Shown: piece after piece, positions 41,512-51,246 of the stretch | Numbering within the stretch: the stretch's first letter is position 1 | Layout: every line of letters begins with the position of its first letter | Origin: a virus | Lineage: Duplodnaviria; Caudoviricetes | Virus record (IMG/VR): IMGVR_UViG_3300002835_000001 | Span: 192,001 to 256,000 of that record | DNA length: 64,000 bases | Strand: one strand, 5' to 3' | Made by a program: the position numbers and the translations under genes | Notes under the pieces: model-generated | What the model was told of the DNA's origin: nothing | Databases searched by the model: none | The model's input: the letters and a program-made list of their open reading frames with translations, nothing else

Positions 41512-41587
41512 TAATTTTATTCATTATCTTTATTTTATGGTGTTATTAAAATATATGAAAAAAATGTTGTAAATCCAAAATATTTTA

Positions 41588-41595
41588 TATATTTG
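41588..41595 (+). promoter_or_regulatory. Bacteroidota-type -7 element TATATTTG upstream of rpsU
   Basis: TTG at 41567-41569, 18-nt spacer. Confidence 0.55.
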
Positions 41596-41612
41596 TGGTA
41601 TAATTATATATT

Positions 41613-41804
41613 ATGATAATAATTGACGTAACAAAAGAACGTAGTATCGAAACAGCATTAAGAACCTATAAGAATAGAGTTCAAAAAACTAAGCAAATTC
41701 AAAAATTGAGGGAAAGGAAGGAATTTGTTAAACCTTCAGTCACTAAAAGGAAGGAAGTTTTAAAAGCGGTATATGTTCAACAAATAAAAAATGGTCTTAA
41801 TTAA
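41613..41804 (+). CDS. rpsU: Phage-encoded 30S ribosomal protein bS21
   Basis: SIETALRTYKNRV...LRERKEFVKPSVTKRK. Confidence 0.92.
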   Translation: MIIIDVTKERSIETALRTYKNRVQKTKQIQKLRERKEFVKPSVTKRKEVLKAVYVQQIKNGLN

Positions 41805-41816
41805 GACCATTTTTTA
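41785..41816. repeat. Perfect 32-bp palindrome spanning two convergent stop codons
   Basis: TAAAAAATGGTCTTAA|TTAAGACCATTTTTTA. Confidence 0.9.
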
Positions 41817-42543
41817 ATTCTGTTAATCTGTAGTAGTTGTACTTAGATGTTGTCATTTGACTAACTTCATCTTTTACTTTATTTAGTTTAGTGGTTAAAT
41901 CGGGGTCGTTCGATTCACTTAAAAGTGTAGATACCTGATTAATGATTGATTCTTGTAATTCATTGCTCTTAGTAATTAAATCATCATAAGAAATTGATAA
42001 AATATTTTTTAATTCTTCTTTTTGTGATTCTGATAATGTGTTAGAATATAATACGTTAAAATTGTTTGCTAATACCGCTTGTAGTAATGTTTCGTTAGGA
42101 ACAACAGTCGAATCTTTAGATTCTTTAATTTCCTTTTTAGTTGTTAAATGTTCTACTAATTTCTTTTTTGCAATAACTTTCTTTTCAATATTTGATAATG
42201 AATCTTTTTCTGATAACATATCTAAAGATTCATATAATTCTTTAGTTTCGATTTCAACCTCACCTAATTTAGTATTTAAAGATTCACAAAACATATTTAA
42301 ACTATCCCAATTACCTATTGGTTGACCAAAATATGTATTTAATCCCTCAACATATAATTTTGCTGTTTCTTTATCCTCAATATATTTGTTTTCAATTTCT
42401 TCGTAAAACAAGTACATTTCTTTAAAGTCTTTGTTTTCTTTGATTGTGGCTAATATATTCTTAATTTCTGTCTTATTTTCATTTGCATAAGATTCAGTCA
42501 ATTTGTTTAATAATTTAGATTTAAGTGCCCCAAATTTGTTCAT
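41797..42543 (-). CDS. Hypothetical helical protein (possible prohead core component)
   Basis: 248 aa, downstream of portal; several L-x-E sites. Confidence 0.6.
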   Translation of the reverse strand: MNKFGALKSKLLNKLTESYANENKTEIKNILATIKENKDFKEMYLFYEEIENKYIEDKETAKLYVEGLNTYFGQPIGNWDSLNMFCESLNTKLGEVEIETKELYESLDMLSEKDSLSNIEKKVIAKKKLVEHLTTKKEIKESKDSTVVPNETLLQAVLANNFNVLYSNTLSESQKEELKNILSISYDDLITKSNELQESIINQVSTLLSESNDPDLTTKLNKVKDEVSQMTTSKYNYYRLTELKNGLN

Positions 42544-42545
42544 TT

Positions 42546-44357
42546 TTAGTCGTTTAAAATATCGTTCAATTTATTTTCTATTTCATAAATATTCTGTTGT
42601 GCCTTTTCCATGTCAAACAAAACATTAAAATCTTCTTTTTCTTCACCTAACATACCTAATATTTTTGATTTTTTAGATGTTGCTTCACTTAAAGGAGCTT
42701 CTCCTCCTCCACCCGCCGCTGGAGGTGGTGGTATTCCTCCCATGTCTCCACCAGCACCCTCACCTCCGGATGCTGCTGCTTCTGCTGCCGCTCTCTCCTC
42801 TTCAGGAATTCCATATTTCTTATCAACCTCATCAAATACACCAGAACGTTTAATAATAAGTTGACTATTTTGTAATTCAAAACCTACCGCTCTTTCTAAA
42901 CGTTGTTGTTGTAAATCAAGTAATACCTCACTATCACTCATACCTAAGATATTTTTCTTAGCCCATGTATGTGATACTGGTAAGATACCTACTTGAGATT
43001 GATCAGATGTCGCATCTTTGTAAAGAGTAATCTTTTCCTTCCATGTTTCAATCTTTAATAAATCTGATTGCTGTGATGGGTTAGTTAACGATAATGAAAA
43101 ACTATTTAAATCATCTTCTAATCCTAATAAATAAAGATGCATTAATGCAATTTTATTTAATTCTTGAATTAACGATTTTTGTATTTTATTGATTGTTCTT
43201 GCAAAACGAATATCCATCAATGCAAGATTCTTACCATCACCAACAACTTCTTCAAAACCTAAGAAAGCTTTAGGGATACGTAAAGCCGCCAATAATTTCT
43301 TTTGAATATATTCAATATCTGCAATTTCGCCCAAGTTCTGAGCTCCTGGTAATGTTTCGATTGGATTTGTTTGTGACGGGTCACGAACAGGTATGAAATA
43401 ATCTTGGTCTACAGCCATTTGATTGTATCTCATATCCACGTTACCATTACGTGGGTCTTGTATTTGGTCTCTTTTAAATTTATTGGCAACACGTTGTACA
43501 TATGGTTCAATATCTTTATCGTCCATATTACCAACAAACACCTTGAACACACGTCTTTCAGGTGCTCTTGATGTTCTATAAATTAACATTGCATCTTCAG
43601 CAAGTAAAAGTTGTTTCCAAATTCTTCTAATCTTATCTAACATAGAAGTACCATATGGTAACTTTCTATCGTCACCCAATAATCTAAAGTGAGCAACTTC
43701 CCAAGCTTGGAATTCCATATCTTTGTTCTTCCAAGTAAATCTTAATTCTCTTGTTGGTAGTTTTAAATCAGAACTTTGATTTGGACTTTTTCCTGTTGCA
43801 CCCTCTAACCTCTCTATTTCAATATTCGGTAATTGTTGGCAACCAATAATACCCTTTTCTGGATCAATTTTTAAATAAACAAAATCGTCACCATACTTAC
43901 AAAGACCTCTTGCCCACATTTGTAAATTGGTATTTATATCTAACTTATTATTAAATAAGTCCACTAAAATACTTTTAACTCTATCTGATTCTGAATATAT
44001 GGTTAATATTTCACCCTTTTCGGACATTGTTGTAGATTCTTCAGCGTATATGTCTAACGACGCTGAAATTTCAGGAGTAAACTCCATAGACTCGTAGTCA
44101 TAATATGCTGCCAATCTATTTGGTTCGTAATAAACAGATTGATTATAAACCGATTGGTCTAACTTGGTCCATTTATCTGCAATGTATTGCGATTGTTGTG
44201 CTTGCAACATCGCCTTTTCGTAGTCTTCTCTACTATCTGTTTTTAATAACTCATCTTTGTTAAAATTAAAAGATGGTGTTTTATCCTTAATCGATTGACC
44301 CGGATAACCAAACATTCTTGTTAGTTTCTGAAAGACGGTGTAATTCTGTTCTGCCAT
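42546..44357 (-). CDS. Portal protein (T4 gp20-like)
   Basis: YESME-TPEI, LCKYGD, EDAMLIYR-SRAPERRVF, EDY-like QDYFIP, IETLPG. Confidence 0.95.
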   Translation of the reverse strand: MAEQNYTVFQKLTRMFGYPGQSIKDKTPSFNFNKDELLKTDSREDYEKAMLQAQQSQYIADKWTKLDQSVYNQSVYYEPNRLAAYYDYESMEFTPEISASLDIYAEESTTMSEKGEILTIYSESDRVKSILVDLFNNKLDINTNLQMWARGLCKYGDDFVYLKIDPEKGIIGCQQLPNIEIERLEGATGKSPNQSSDLKLPTRELRFTWKNKDMEFQAWEVAHFRLLGDDRKLPYGTSMLDKIRRIWKQLLLAEDAMLIYRTSRAPERRVFKVFVGNMDDKDIEPYVQRVANKFKRDQIQDPRNGNVDMRYNQMAVDQDYFIPVRDPSQTNPIETLPGAQNLGEIADIEYIQKKLLAALRIPKAFLGFEEVVGDGKNLALMDIRFARTINKIQKSLIQELNKIALMHLYLLGLEDDLNSFSLSLTNPSQQSDLLKIETWKEKITLYKDATSDQSQVGILPVSHTWAKKNILGMSDSEVLLDLQQQRLERAVGFELQNSQLIIKRSGVFDEVDKKYGIPEEERAAAEAAASGGEGAGGDMGGIPPPPAAGGGGEAPLSEATSKKSKILGMLGEEKEDFNVLFDMEKAQQNIYEIENKLNDILND

Positions 44358-44410
44358 ATCTATAAATACTTTTCTTTATAATATAAACTAAATTATTAGT
44401 AATTGGAACA

Positions 44411-46186
44411 TTATTTTGATCTTCCAAATAACCAATTATATTCTTGATATTGGTTCTTACCGGGTACGTTACGTATATCTTTAAATGCTGGATTATCGTC
44501 AAACCCCATTGATCCTATTTGGTCGAAAGCGGTCCCATATGAGTAAAAAGACTTATTTGGTTCGTATGTACGTTCACTCATTGTCCAAGAATCTAACATT
44601 GCTTTGTTAGCATTTTCATTCTTTTGTAATAAGTTAAAAGATACGTCTGCAGCGTATAATGCCATTGACATACCCATAATGGCATCATCGTGTGAACCTT
44701 TCATATGGTCAGGTCTTCCATTCATGTAAACAAACGTATTGAGTTCGTTTAATAATCTTGCAGATCTAACAATAAATCCCTTCCTAAGTTGCTCTTCAAA
44801 TGCGGCAACAATTTGAGTTCTTTTATTATTGAAGTTAAGTCCTGGTATTTTCTCCATCGCTTTGGCGTTATAGTCCCAAATGTTTTGAGTATTAACTCCT
44901 TCAATGTAAACATTCTTATAGTTTAACTCAGTTAATTTTCTTGATGTGGCAACACCCATACCACCTGTAATATCCGTAACAATAAACGCATTACCATATA
45001 AAATAGCCCATTTATATGCAACGGCAGCTAAATCATCAGGAGGTATTTTACCAATATATTCCGCAACCTGTTCTCTATCATCAAAATCAATAATTGATAT
45101 TGCTGAAAAATCCTCACTATCTCCTCTACTCACATCCACCCCCATAATATAACGATGACCGATGATTGGTTCTTTCCATTGCCAAAATGTGGCTTGCATG
45201 TATTTTTCAATTGGTTCTCTTATCATGTTCTTAGCAATATTCTCTTGAATATCGCCAGGAATAACACCATCTCCCGAACCTAAGAAATCACATTCCAACT
45301 CCTGAGCTATCTTACGTCTATCATATTTAAATTTCTTAGACATTGACTCAAACCAAGATGAAAATGGTTTATAACCGTCTTCTAAAAGTTTTAGATATTC
45401 TTTCATGTCAAAATCATGTAGAACAACTTCATCATCATTATATTGTTCTCTATTTAACATGTAATGACAGATGTCTTGACATTTTATCCAACGTAAATCT
45501 TTGGTGTAACGAGGGTCTTTAAACCATCTTAAATCGGTTATATGGAAATCATTGATTCCACGTAATGCTTGGTCGTAAACACCATAATAGATGGGGTCGT
45601 AACCATTTGGAGTTGAGATAAGAATAATCTTACCACCCGTTGATAGGGACGCCATAGAGGCCGCCCAAAAATCATCTCCCGCTTCAATGTATGCCGCCTC
45701 ATCAAATACAAGTATGGTAGGTGTGTAACCACGAAGGGCATCCGCTGATGTTGCAACCGCCTTAACCTCACATCCATTGTTTAATCTAAATCTACTTTCT
45801 GAGTTTTTATCGGGTGAGAACCCAACATTAATCCATTCAGGCCATTGTTCTAAGAAATGTCTAACCTTATTAGCCATCTCCACCGCAGTATCACGTTTGT
45901 TCGCAATAAGTAGAACTCTCTCAGGATTATCTGGTTTTGCTAATTGTAATTTTTTTGATAACCAAGCAGCCGTTACTGTTGTAACACCGGCTTGTCTATA
46001 TTTTCTTGTAATATTTTCGTTGTAATCTTCGTAGTCCTGTATTAGTTGAATTTGGTCTTCAAATAAGTCCATTGGGACATATTTCTTCTGTGTATTATCA
46101 AATGTCTGTAAATACGTTCTAAGTGCATATGGGGTATCTTTTATAATCTTAGCATACTCCATTAATTGTTCTGCTCTACTATTCAT
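44411..46186 (-). CDS. Terminase large subunit (gp17-like)
   Basis: KYRQAGVTT, FDEAA, ISTPNG, QELEC-FLGSG, GVDVSRG, HDDAIM. Confidence 0.96.
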   Translation of the reverse strand: MNSRAEQLMEYAKIIKDTPYALRTYLQTFDNTQKKYVPMDLFEDQIQLIQDYEDYNENITRKYRQAGVTTVTAAWLSKKLQLAKPDNPERVLLIANKRDTAVEMANKVRHFLEQWPEWINVGFSPDKNSESRFRLNNGCEVKAVATSADALRGYTPTILVFDEAAYIEAGDDFWAASMASLSTGGKIILISTPNGYDPIYYGVYDQALRGINDFHITDLRWFKDPRYTKDLRWIKCQDICHYMLNREQYNDDEVVLHDFDMKEYLKLLEDGYKPFSSWFESMSKKFKYDRRKIAQELECDFLGSGDGVIPGDIQENIAKNMIREPIEKYMQATFWQWKEPIIGHRYIMGVDVSRGDSEDFSAISIIDFDDREQVAEYIGKIPPDDLAAVAYKWAILYGNAFIVTDITGGMGVATSRKLTELNYKNVYIEGVNTQNIWDYNAKAMEKIPGLNFNNKRTQIVAAFEEQLRKGFIVRSARLLNELNTFVYMNGRPDHMKGSHDDAIMGMSMALYAADVSFNLLQKNENANKAMLDSWTMSERTYEPNKSFYSYGTAFDQIGSMGFDDNPAFKDIRNVPGKNQYQEYNWLFGRSK

Positions 46187-46198
46187 ATATATAAATAC

Positions 46199-46225
46199 AA
46201 AAAAAGGTGGTTAAAACCACCTTTT
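46199..46225 (-). terminator. Intrinsic terminator overlapping the terminase promoter region
   Basis: AAAAGGTGG-TTTTAA-CCACCTTTTTTT on minus strand. Confidence 0.7.
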
Positions 46226-46228
46226 CAA

Positions 46229-47425
46229 TTATTCATCGTCATCGTCATATGTTGACATACTATCATCGTAGTAATTTTTATTAATATCTTTCCTAATGGA
46301 ATCATAATAATCTTTAATCATTTTTTCACCTTTTGAAGTCTTTCCTATTACTTCTTTCATCATTGTTAAAAACTCTTTAGCTTCTAATGTGTAAAGGCTA
46401 GATAAAAAATATGATTGTAAACCTTCTTCATTTTCATCAATAACAACTTCATCGGGTAACATACCTCTTACTCTATTCCATATTGATGGTCCTAATCTTA
46501 AATCCCACATTTCTTTGTCCATAGTGTCTTCATAACCTGAAACCTTATTCCATAACTCCTCATCAAAATCACCATTTTCATCTCTTGGTCTTCCGTGTAC
46601 TGCAAGTAATTCTAAATAACCTTTTATACATTCATGAACGGCAACAGGAAAATTCTGTGCTCGTACTTTAATGATTGGTGGTTCCCCTTGTTCAATTTCT
46701 TCGGTGCCAGCAACTTGTCCCGATTTACCCATTTGTGACAAAAATATATCAGGAAATTGCCAATAAGTCGTGTCATTTATTGACATCATAACACCATATA
46801 AATCTAAAATAGTTTCACTTTTAGTTATATCTAAAATCTCCTCACTAACCAAATGATACGAATAATGACCTTTTTTAGATGCTCCCTGACTAATTGCATT
46901 AATTAATCTTCGTTTAGCTCTTTCTAAATTTAATCTTTCAAAATCACCATCAATCTCATTATCTAAATCAACCTGAGGTATTTGGATAGTTTCTTCATCA
47001 TCCATATTAAAATTATCCGTAGATATACTGCTACCATCAACAATTTTTACATCCCATTGAATTGAATCTTTTGGTATATGAAATTCATTCATAACTAATT
47101 TGATTGCTAATTGTTCCAGTTCGGGTCTAACATTCCTTTCAATTCTAATAATCTCAAAGTGAGATCTCATCATAAATGAGGAGAATTCACTATATTGTGA
47201 TTTGTTATTTAAATTTATTTTATTTGGATAATGTGGACCTAAATAATGATTAACATTAGATATAACTTCTTGATATCTTTCTGATGCCAATAACTCTTGA
47301 AAGTTTTGTTCTTGTGAATTTTCACAAATTGGCATAGGTATTTTAGTTAATGAAGTGTCTTCATTTTTTAATTTATGTTGTAAACCTCTATCGGGTCTAT
47401 CAACACTTGAGAAATTCATTGCCAT
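46229..47425 (-). CDS. Hypothetical protein (398 aa)
   Basis: Long ORF, typical codon use. Confidence 0.7.
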   Translation of the reverse strand: MAMNFSSVDRPDRGLQHKLKNEDTSLTKIPMPICENSQEQNFQELLASERYQEVISNVNHYLGPHYPNKINLNNKSQYSEFSSFMMRSHFEIIRIERNVRPELEQLAIKLVMNEFHIPKDSIQWDVKIVDGSSISTDNFNMDDEETIQIPQVDLDNEIDGDFERLNLERAKRRLINAISQGASKKGHYSYHLVSEEILDITKSETILDLYGVMMSINDTTYWQFPDIFLSQMGKSGQVAGTEEIEQGEPPIIKVRAQNFPVAVHECIKGYLELLAVHGRPRDENGDFDEELWNKVSGYEDTMDKEMWDLRLGPSIWNRVRGMLPDEVVIDENEEGLQSYFLSSLYTLEAKEFLTMMKEVIGKTSKGEKMIKDYYDSIRKDINKNYYDDSMSTYDDDDE

Positions 47426-47478
47426 ACGTTTAAATTATATTAAGGCTAATATAAGATTTATTTCTTATAATACCTAAT

Positions 47479-48081
47479 TTAAACCTTACTTTTCTCAGCT
47501 TTTGGTTTTGGTTTTGTAAATGGACCCGGTTGATTTGGGTTATGAGGTTTCGGTTTTGTACCTGGCGTAACCTTTGGTTTAGATGGTTTTGTCTCAACAT
47601 CACCATCTGATGAAGATTCATAGGTCATAAATTCAGGAACATCGTTATGTCCAATATTAACGTTTGGACCCGCCTCTTGTAATTTAAATTGTATCATTTC
47701 CATAATTTCATTTTTAGATGTGAAACTATGATAGTTATTTTCCGCTAAAGATTCAACCCATTCTTTAACTTCTTTGTCTTTTGTATCTGTTTTAACTGAT
47801 TTTTTTTTCTTTTGACCCTTTAATATTTTAAAATCTTGTCCATCAATTTTACCATTGTGGTTCTTGTCTAATTTCTTTTGATTACCTTTTAAGTCCTCTT
47901 TTACCTCAACTTCAATATTTGGGTCGTTCGCAATTGCTTGTAATTTGGGATCTCTTAATTTCTCAGCATCAATAACCATTCTTTCATGTAAATCAGAAAG
48001 TTGTTTATCGCTGAAATTAACTAACGTTTTTTCAGACATACCCTCACTTATTAACATCTTAACTAATTCTGACCTTTTCAT
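47479..48081 (-). CDS. Hypothetical protein with EF-hand-like loop, probable head protein
   Basis: DKNHNGKIDGQD; LISE and LQE sites. Confidence 0.6.
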   Translation of the reverse strand: MKRSELVKMLISEGMSEKTLVNFSDKQLSDLHERMVIDAEKLRDPKLQAIANDPNIEVEVKEDLKGNQKKLDKNHNGKIDGQDFKILKGQKKKKSVKTDTKDKEVKEWVESLAENNYHSFTSKNEIMEMIQFKLQEAGPNVNIGHNDVPEFMTYESSSDGDVETKPSKPKVTPGTKPKPHNPNQPGPFTKPKPKAEKSKV

Positions 48082-48479
48082 GATTCTTTAATTTTTAATT
48101 CTTCTTTTATTAAAAGATATTCTCTTTGTTTTAATTTTTTTGTTACACTTTCTAATGATTCACCAAATTTAAATGATATTCTCTCAAATTCGGAATCAAA
48201 ATTAAATTTTTCCCATCCCAACGCAACTACACCATCTACTGCATCAATAACTCCGAAATAATCGGAGTCTTGAATTAATTCTAAATGTAAATCGGTATCT
48301 TTTAATAATCCAACTAAATCAACGTATTCCACCTCAGGTGATTTTGGTTGAGATGTTGAGGAGGATGGGATAACAAACCATTCATCCATATCTATTTCTG
48401 TACTCTCACTAAAAATGAATTCGTATTGTTTTTGACCTTTATAGTCTGAACCAATTTCATTTATATAGATTAACTTCAT
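48078..48479 (-). CDS. Hypothetical acidic protein
   Basis: 133 aa, coupled to neighbours. Confidence 0.65.
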   Translation of the reverse strand: MKLIYINEIGSDYKGQKQYEFIFSESTEIDMDEWFVIPSSSTSQPKSPEVEYVDLVGLLKDTDLHLELIQDSDYFGVIDAVDGVVALGWEKFNFDSEFERISFKFGESLESVTKKLKQREYLLIKEELKIKES

Positions 48480-49543
48480 TATTTGAAATATTTTCCTAAT
48501 GTTGTTTGAATACTATTGTTAATCTCCTTTTTCATTTCTTCCAAATCTAACTCAACTTCCTCATCCATAGGTTCTTCTATTGGATGACTATCTTCACCAA
48601 AGTCTACTCGAACATTTTCAGAAAAGTCTACATTAACATCTTCCTCCATTTCTAAATCAGCATAATCCGCTAAACTAGTCTCTTCAGTATCAAAATCCGA
48701 CGAAGAGTTTATAAAATTTTCTAACGCATCCATTGTTGTGTCATATCCTTCACCAATTTCAGAATCTACAGGTTCTTCCGCAGATACCTCATCTTCAGGT
48801 GACGGCTCTTCAGAAGGAACTTCTTCGCCATCTTGTTTTTCGTCACGTTCAAATTTCTTAGCAATATCTTCAATATCATCATCTTCTAACTTATCTAAAT
48901 TAACAGCAGAAATAATCATATTAAGAACATATTTTATATCATCACTTTCCATTGATTCGTGTTGGTCTCTTAATTCTTGACCTAACTTACCTGCAAATTT
49001 TTGTACTTCCGCCATGTAACTTGATCTTTTTCCTGATGCATCGTCTTCACCATCTACAGGTGCTTCCGGTGCTGGTTCTTCAGCTGGTACTTCAGGTGAT
49101 GGTTCTTCAGATGGTACTTCAGGTGCCGGTTCTTCAGCTGGCGTAGGTATAGGAGCGTTTGCTGCCGGATCACTCATAGGAGATTCACTTTTAGGTGAAC
49201 TTGGTTTTAAAACGTATTTCGTTGCCTCTTGTAATTCTTCCTGTCCTTTTAATAGGTCTAATCTTTTAAACGCTTCAGAGTATGATGAAAATTTGTTTTT
49301 GTTTTTCATGAACATACCACCAATATAATCAAGTGATGATTCATTTAATCCTCTTTTAACGTAGTATCCGTCTTTTTCTTTAACGATACCAAAAAATCCA
49401 CCCGTTGTGGATTCCTTTACTAATTCTGGTTTTACAGAAGAAGACTTTTTATTATTTTGATTAAAGTAAGTTAATTCGAGAATTCTTTTTAATTTCTCGT
49501 CGCCATTAAGCTTCTCACTTCCTAGAGGTTTGATGTCTGCCAT
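48479..49543 (-). CDS. Hypothetical acidic P/E-rich protein, probable head protein
   Basis: 354 aa; late motif at 49577-49584; LNES, LQEA sites. Confidence 0.6.
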   Translation of the reverse strand: MADIKPLGSEKLNGDEKLKRILELTYFNQNNKKSSSVKPELVKESTTGGFFGIVKEKDGYYVKRGLNESSLDYIGGMFMKNKNKFSSYSEAFKRLDLLKGQEELQEATKYVLKPSSPKSESPMSDPAANAPIPTPAEEPAPEVPSEEPSPEVPAEEPAPEAPVDGEDDASGKRSSYMAEVQKFAGKLGQELRDQHESMESDDIKYVLNMIISAVNLDKLEDDDIEDIAKKFERDEKQDGEEVPSEEPSPEDEVSAEEPVDSEIGEGYDTTMDALENFINSSSDFDTEETSLADYADLEMEEDVNVDFSENVRVDFGEDSHPIEEPMDEEVELDLEEMKKEINNSIQTTLGKYFK

Positions 49544-49613
49544 TGTTTTTATATTAAGATAAACTTATTCTTATCCTATAAATACATAGATATAGGGAAA
49601 AAAATAAGGTTCT

Positions 49614-50387
49614 TTATTGTGTTATGGACAATTTTTTGTTTGAAATGTCCGTTTTTAGTTTTAAAAGTTTCTCTATATATCCGTTTCTTCGAAGTAATTT
49701 GAAGGTTAAGTTCTCATATGAGTACTCTCCTCCTGATTCAAGACCACTTTGTCTAAACTCTTTAATTTTACTTCTTAGTGTTTCAATATCTGAAGTTACG
49801 TCTTTTTTACTACCTAATTTAATAAGTCTATCTATTTTTTTTGCGTACTCTTCACCCTTTTCTAATATTTTTCTATCGTCAATATTAGCCTGTTCCTTTT
49901 TAGGTTCAATAACCCATTCGTTATTTAAAATAGAATAAACACCAGATGAAATGTGTTCCTCATTAACATCTTGTACGTATATTTCAACATCATACCCCTT
50001 TATTTTGATGTCGTATTTTTCGTTCCATACGTTTTTCTTAGCATCAAAAAATTCTTTCAATATTGCATGAAAAGACGATGAGTTTTTATCTTTATTGATA
50101 CTATCAAAATCTATAAGAATGTGTAAATCAACGTCAGAATATTGTGACCAATTATAGTTAGAAAGTGACCCCGTTAATACGATATCATGTATAAACACAT
50201 CAACATTCAAAGAGTCCACGAAATCATTTGTTATTACTAGTAATCTTTTTCTTATATCGTCTCGCATAGAAAAAGATTTACCACTAACCTCAAATATTTG
50301 GTCAGATAGTGAATCTTTAGGTTTAAAAGAACCTACGATTTTTTCGTCCTCACCCCTATCTTCAATTAATTCTTCAAATAAACTCAT
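49614..50387 (-). CDS. Pol-beta-superfamily nucleotidyltransferase
   Basis: LTGSLSNYNW-YSDVDLH and downstream VEIYVQD. Confidence 0.8.
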   Translation of the reverse strand: MSLFEELIEDRGEDEKIVGSFKPKDSLSDQIFEVSGKSFSMRDDIRKRLLVITNDFVDSLNVDVFIHDIVLTGSLSNYNWSQYSDVDLHILIDFDSINKDKNSSSFHAILKEFFDAKKNVWNEKYDIKIKGYDVEIYVQDVNEEHISSGVYSILNNEWVIEPKKEQANIDDRKILEKGEEYAKKIDRLIKLGSKKDVTSDIETLRSKIKEFRQSGLESGGEYSYENLTFKLLRRNGYIEKLLKLKTDISNKKLSITQ

Positions 50388-50629
50388 CCTTTCTTTATGT
50401 ACTTATGACTTCTGGCGATATTCTCGTTGAAGTATTTTCCTTGTGATTCAGCAAGTCTAAACTTAGTGAACTTATTCCAAGGAACTTTATTATACTCATA
50501 AATAGCACCATTGTTAAAAGTTACCGTTAAGTCTTCCGTTTCGGTATTGAAAGATGCTGTCTTTAAATTAGATGAATTGATTATAACATCAATTACCTTT
50601 CCATTAATTGTTTCTGATATAATTGCCAT
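50384..50629 (-). CDS. KTSC-domain protein
   Basis: SSNLKTASF...L-VTF-NGAIYEY..VP...F.....S-GKYFN..I. Confidence 0.88.
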   Translation of the reverse strand: MAIISETINGKVIDVIINSSNLKTASFNTETEDLTVTFNNGAIYEYNKVPWNKFTKFRLAESQGKYFNENIARSHKYIKKG

Positions 50630-50673
50630 ATTTGATATTTTTAATGTTATAATATACATAATAAATATCAAAT

Positions 50674-50699
50674 AAAAAACCCTCGATAAATCGAGGGTT
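50674..50699 (-). terminator. Intrinsic terminator after hsp20
   Basis: AACCCTCGA-TTTA-TCGAGGGTTTTTT. Confidence 0.75.
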
Positions 50700-50704
50700 C
50701 AATG

Positions 50705-51073
50705 TTAGTTAAGTGAAATCAACCTTTCAACTGATTTCTTTTTACTTTTAGGTAGAATAATTTCAATTACTCCATTTTCCACACCACCTACAATATTTTT
50801 CTCATCAACATCATCAGGTACGTTGTATGATTTTTTAAATGAATTAGTAAATGTGAATTCATCACCCTCTTTTTCATGTGATATGGTTAATTTACTTTCC
50901 TTTAATGATATTTTAACATCATCTTTAGAAAGTCCTGGAACCGATAATAGGACCTTATAACCATCTTCTGTTGTGGTAATGTTAGAGTTAATTCTGTTAT
51001 CCACCTTCAAGTAGGCTTCATCAAACACTTTATCAAAAGTGTTAAAAAACGGGTCTTTAAATAATGTAATCAT
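50705..51073 (-). CDS. Small heat-shock protein (Hsp20/alpha-crystallin)
   Basis: VPGLSKDDVKI, F-KSY-VPDDVD, NGVIEI-LPK. Confidence 0.92.
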   Translation of the reverse strand: MITLFKDPFFNTFDKVFDEAYLKVDNRINSNITTTEDGYKVLLSVPGLSKDDVKISLKESKLTISHEKEGDEFTFTNSFKKSYNVPDDVDEKNIVGGVENGVIEIILPKSKKKSVERLISLN

Positions 51074-51144
51074 AGTTTTGTTTTTTTTATTTTACATATT
51101 ATTAATTTTTCATTTTACAAATTGCAAACCAAACGTCTAAAACT

Positions 51145-51189
51145 GACATTTAGACATTCGTTAGACATTTTTTTAGACATTTTGACATT
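51145..51189. repeat. Five GACATT direct repeats between divergent hsp20 and clpC
   Basis: GACATT at 51145, 51153, 51164, 51176, 51184. Confidence 0.8.
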
Positions 51190-51191
51190 TA

Positions 51192-51223
51192 TTTGTTTTT
51201 TAGAATGAAATGTGTTATGTTTG
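51192..51223 (+). promoter_or_regulatory. Bacteroidota sigma-A-type promoter for clpC
   Basis: TTTG (51192-51195), 20-nt spacer, TATGTTTG (51216-51223). Confidence 0.7.
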
Positions 51224-51246
51224 TAGAAACTAAACGTAAAAATAGT

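Noticed and set aside
10449-46186. Inteins or introns in helicase, polymerase, terminase or MCP
   Set aside because: Motifs are contiguous; no C...HN-C/S/T junctions or interrupted frames seen
17347-51189. Possible CRISPR arrays (39-bp repeat, GACATT repeats)
   Set aside because: No unique spacers of constant length; the repeats are coding or too short
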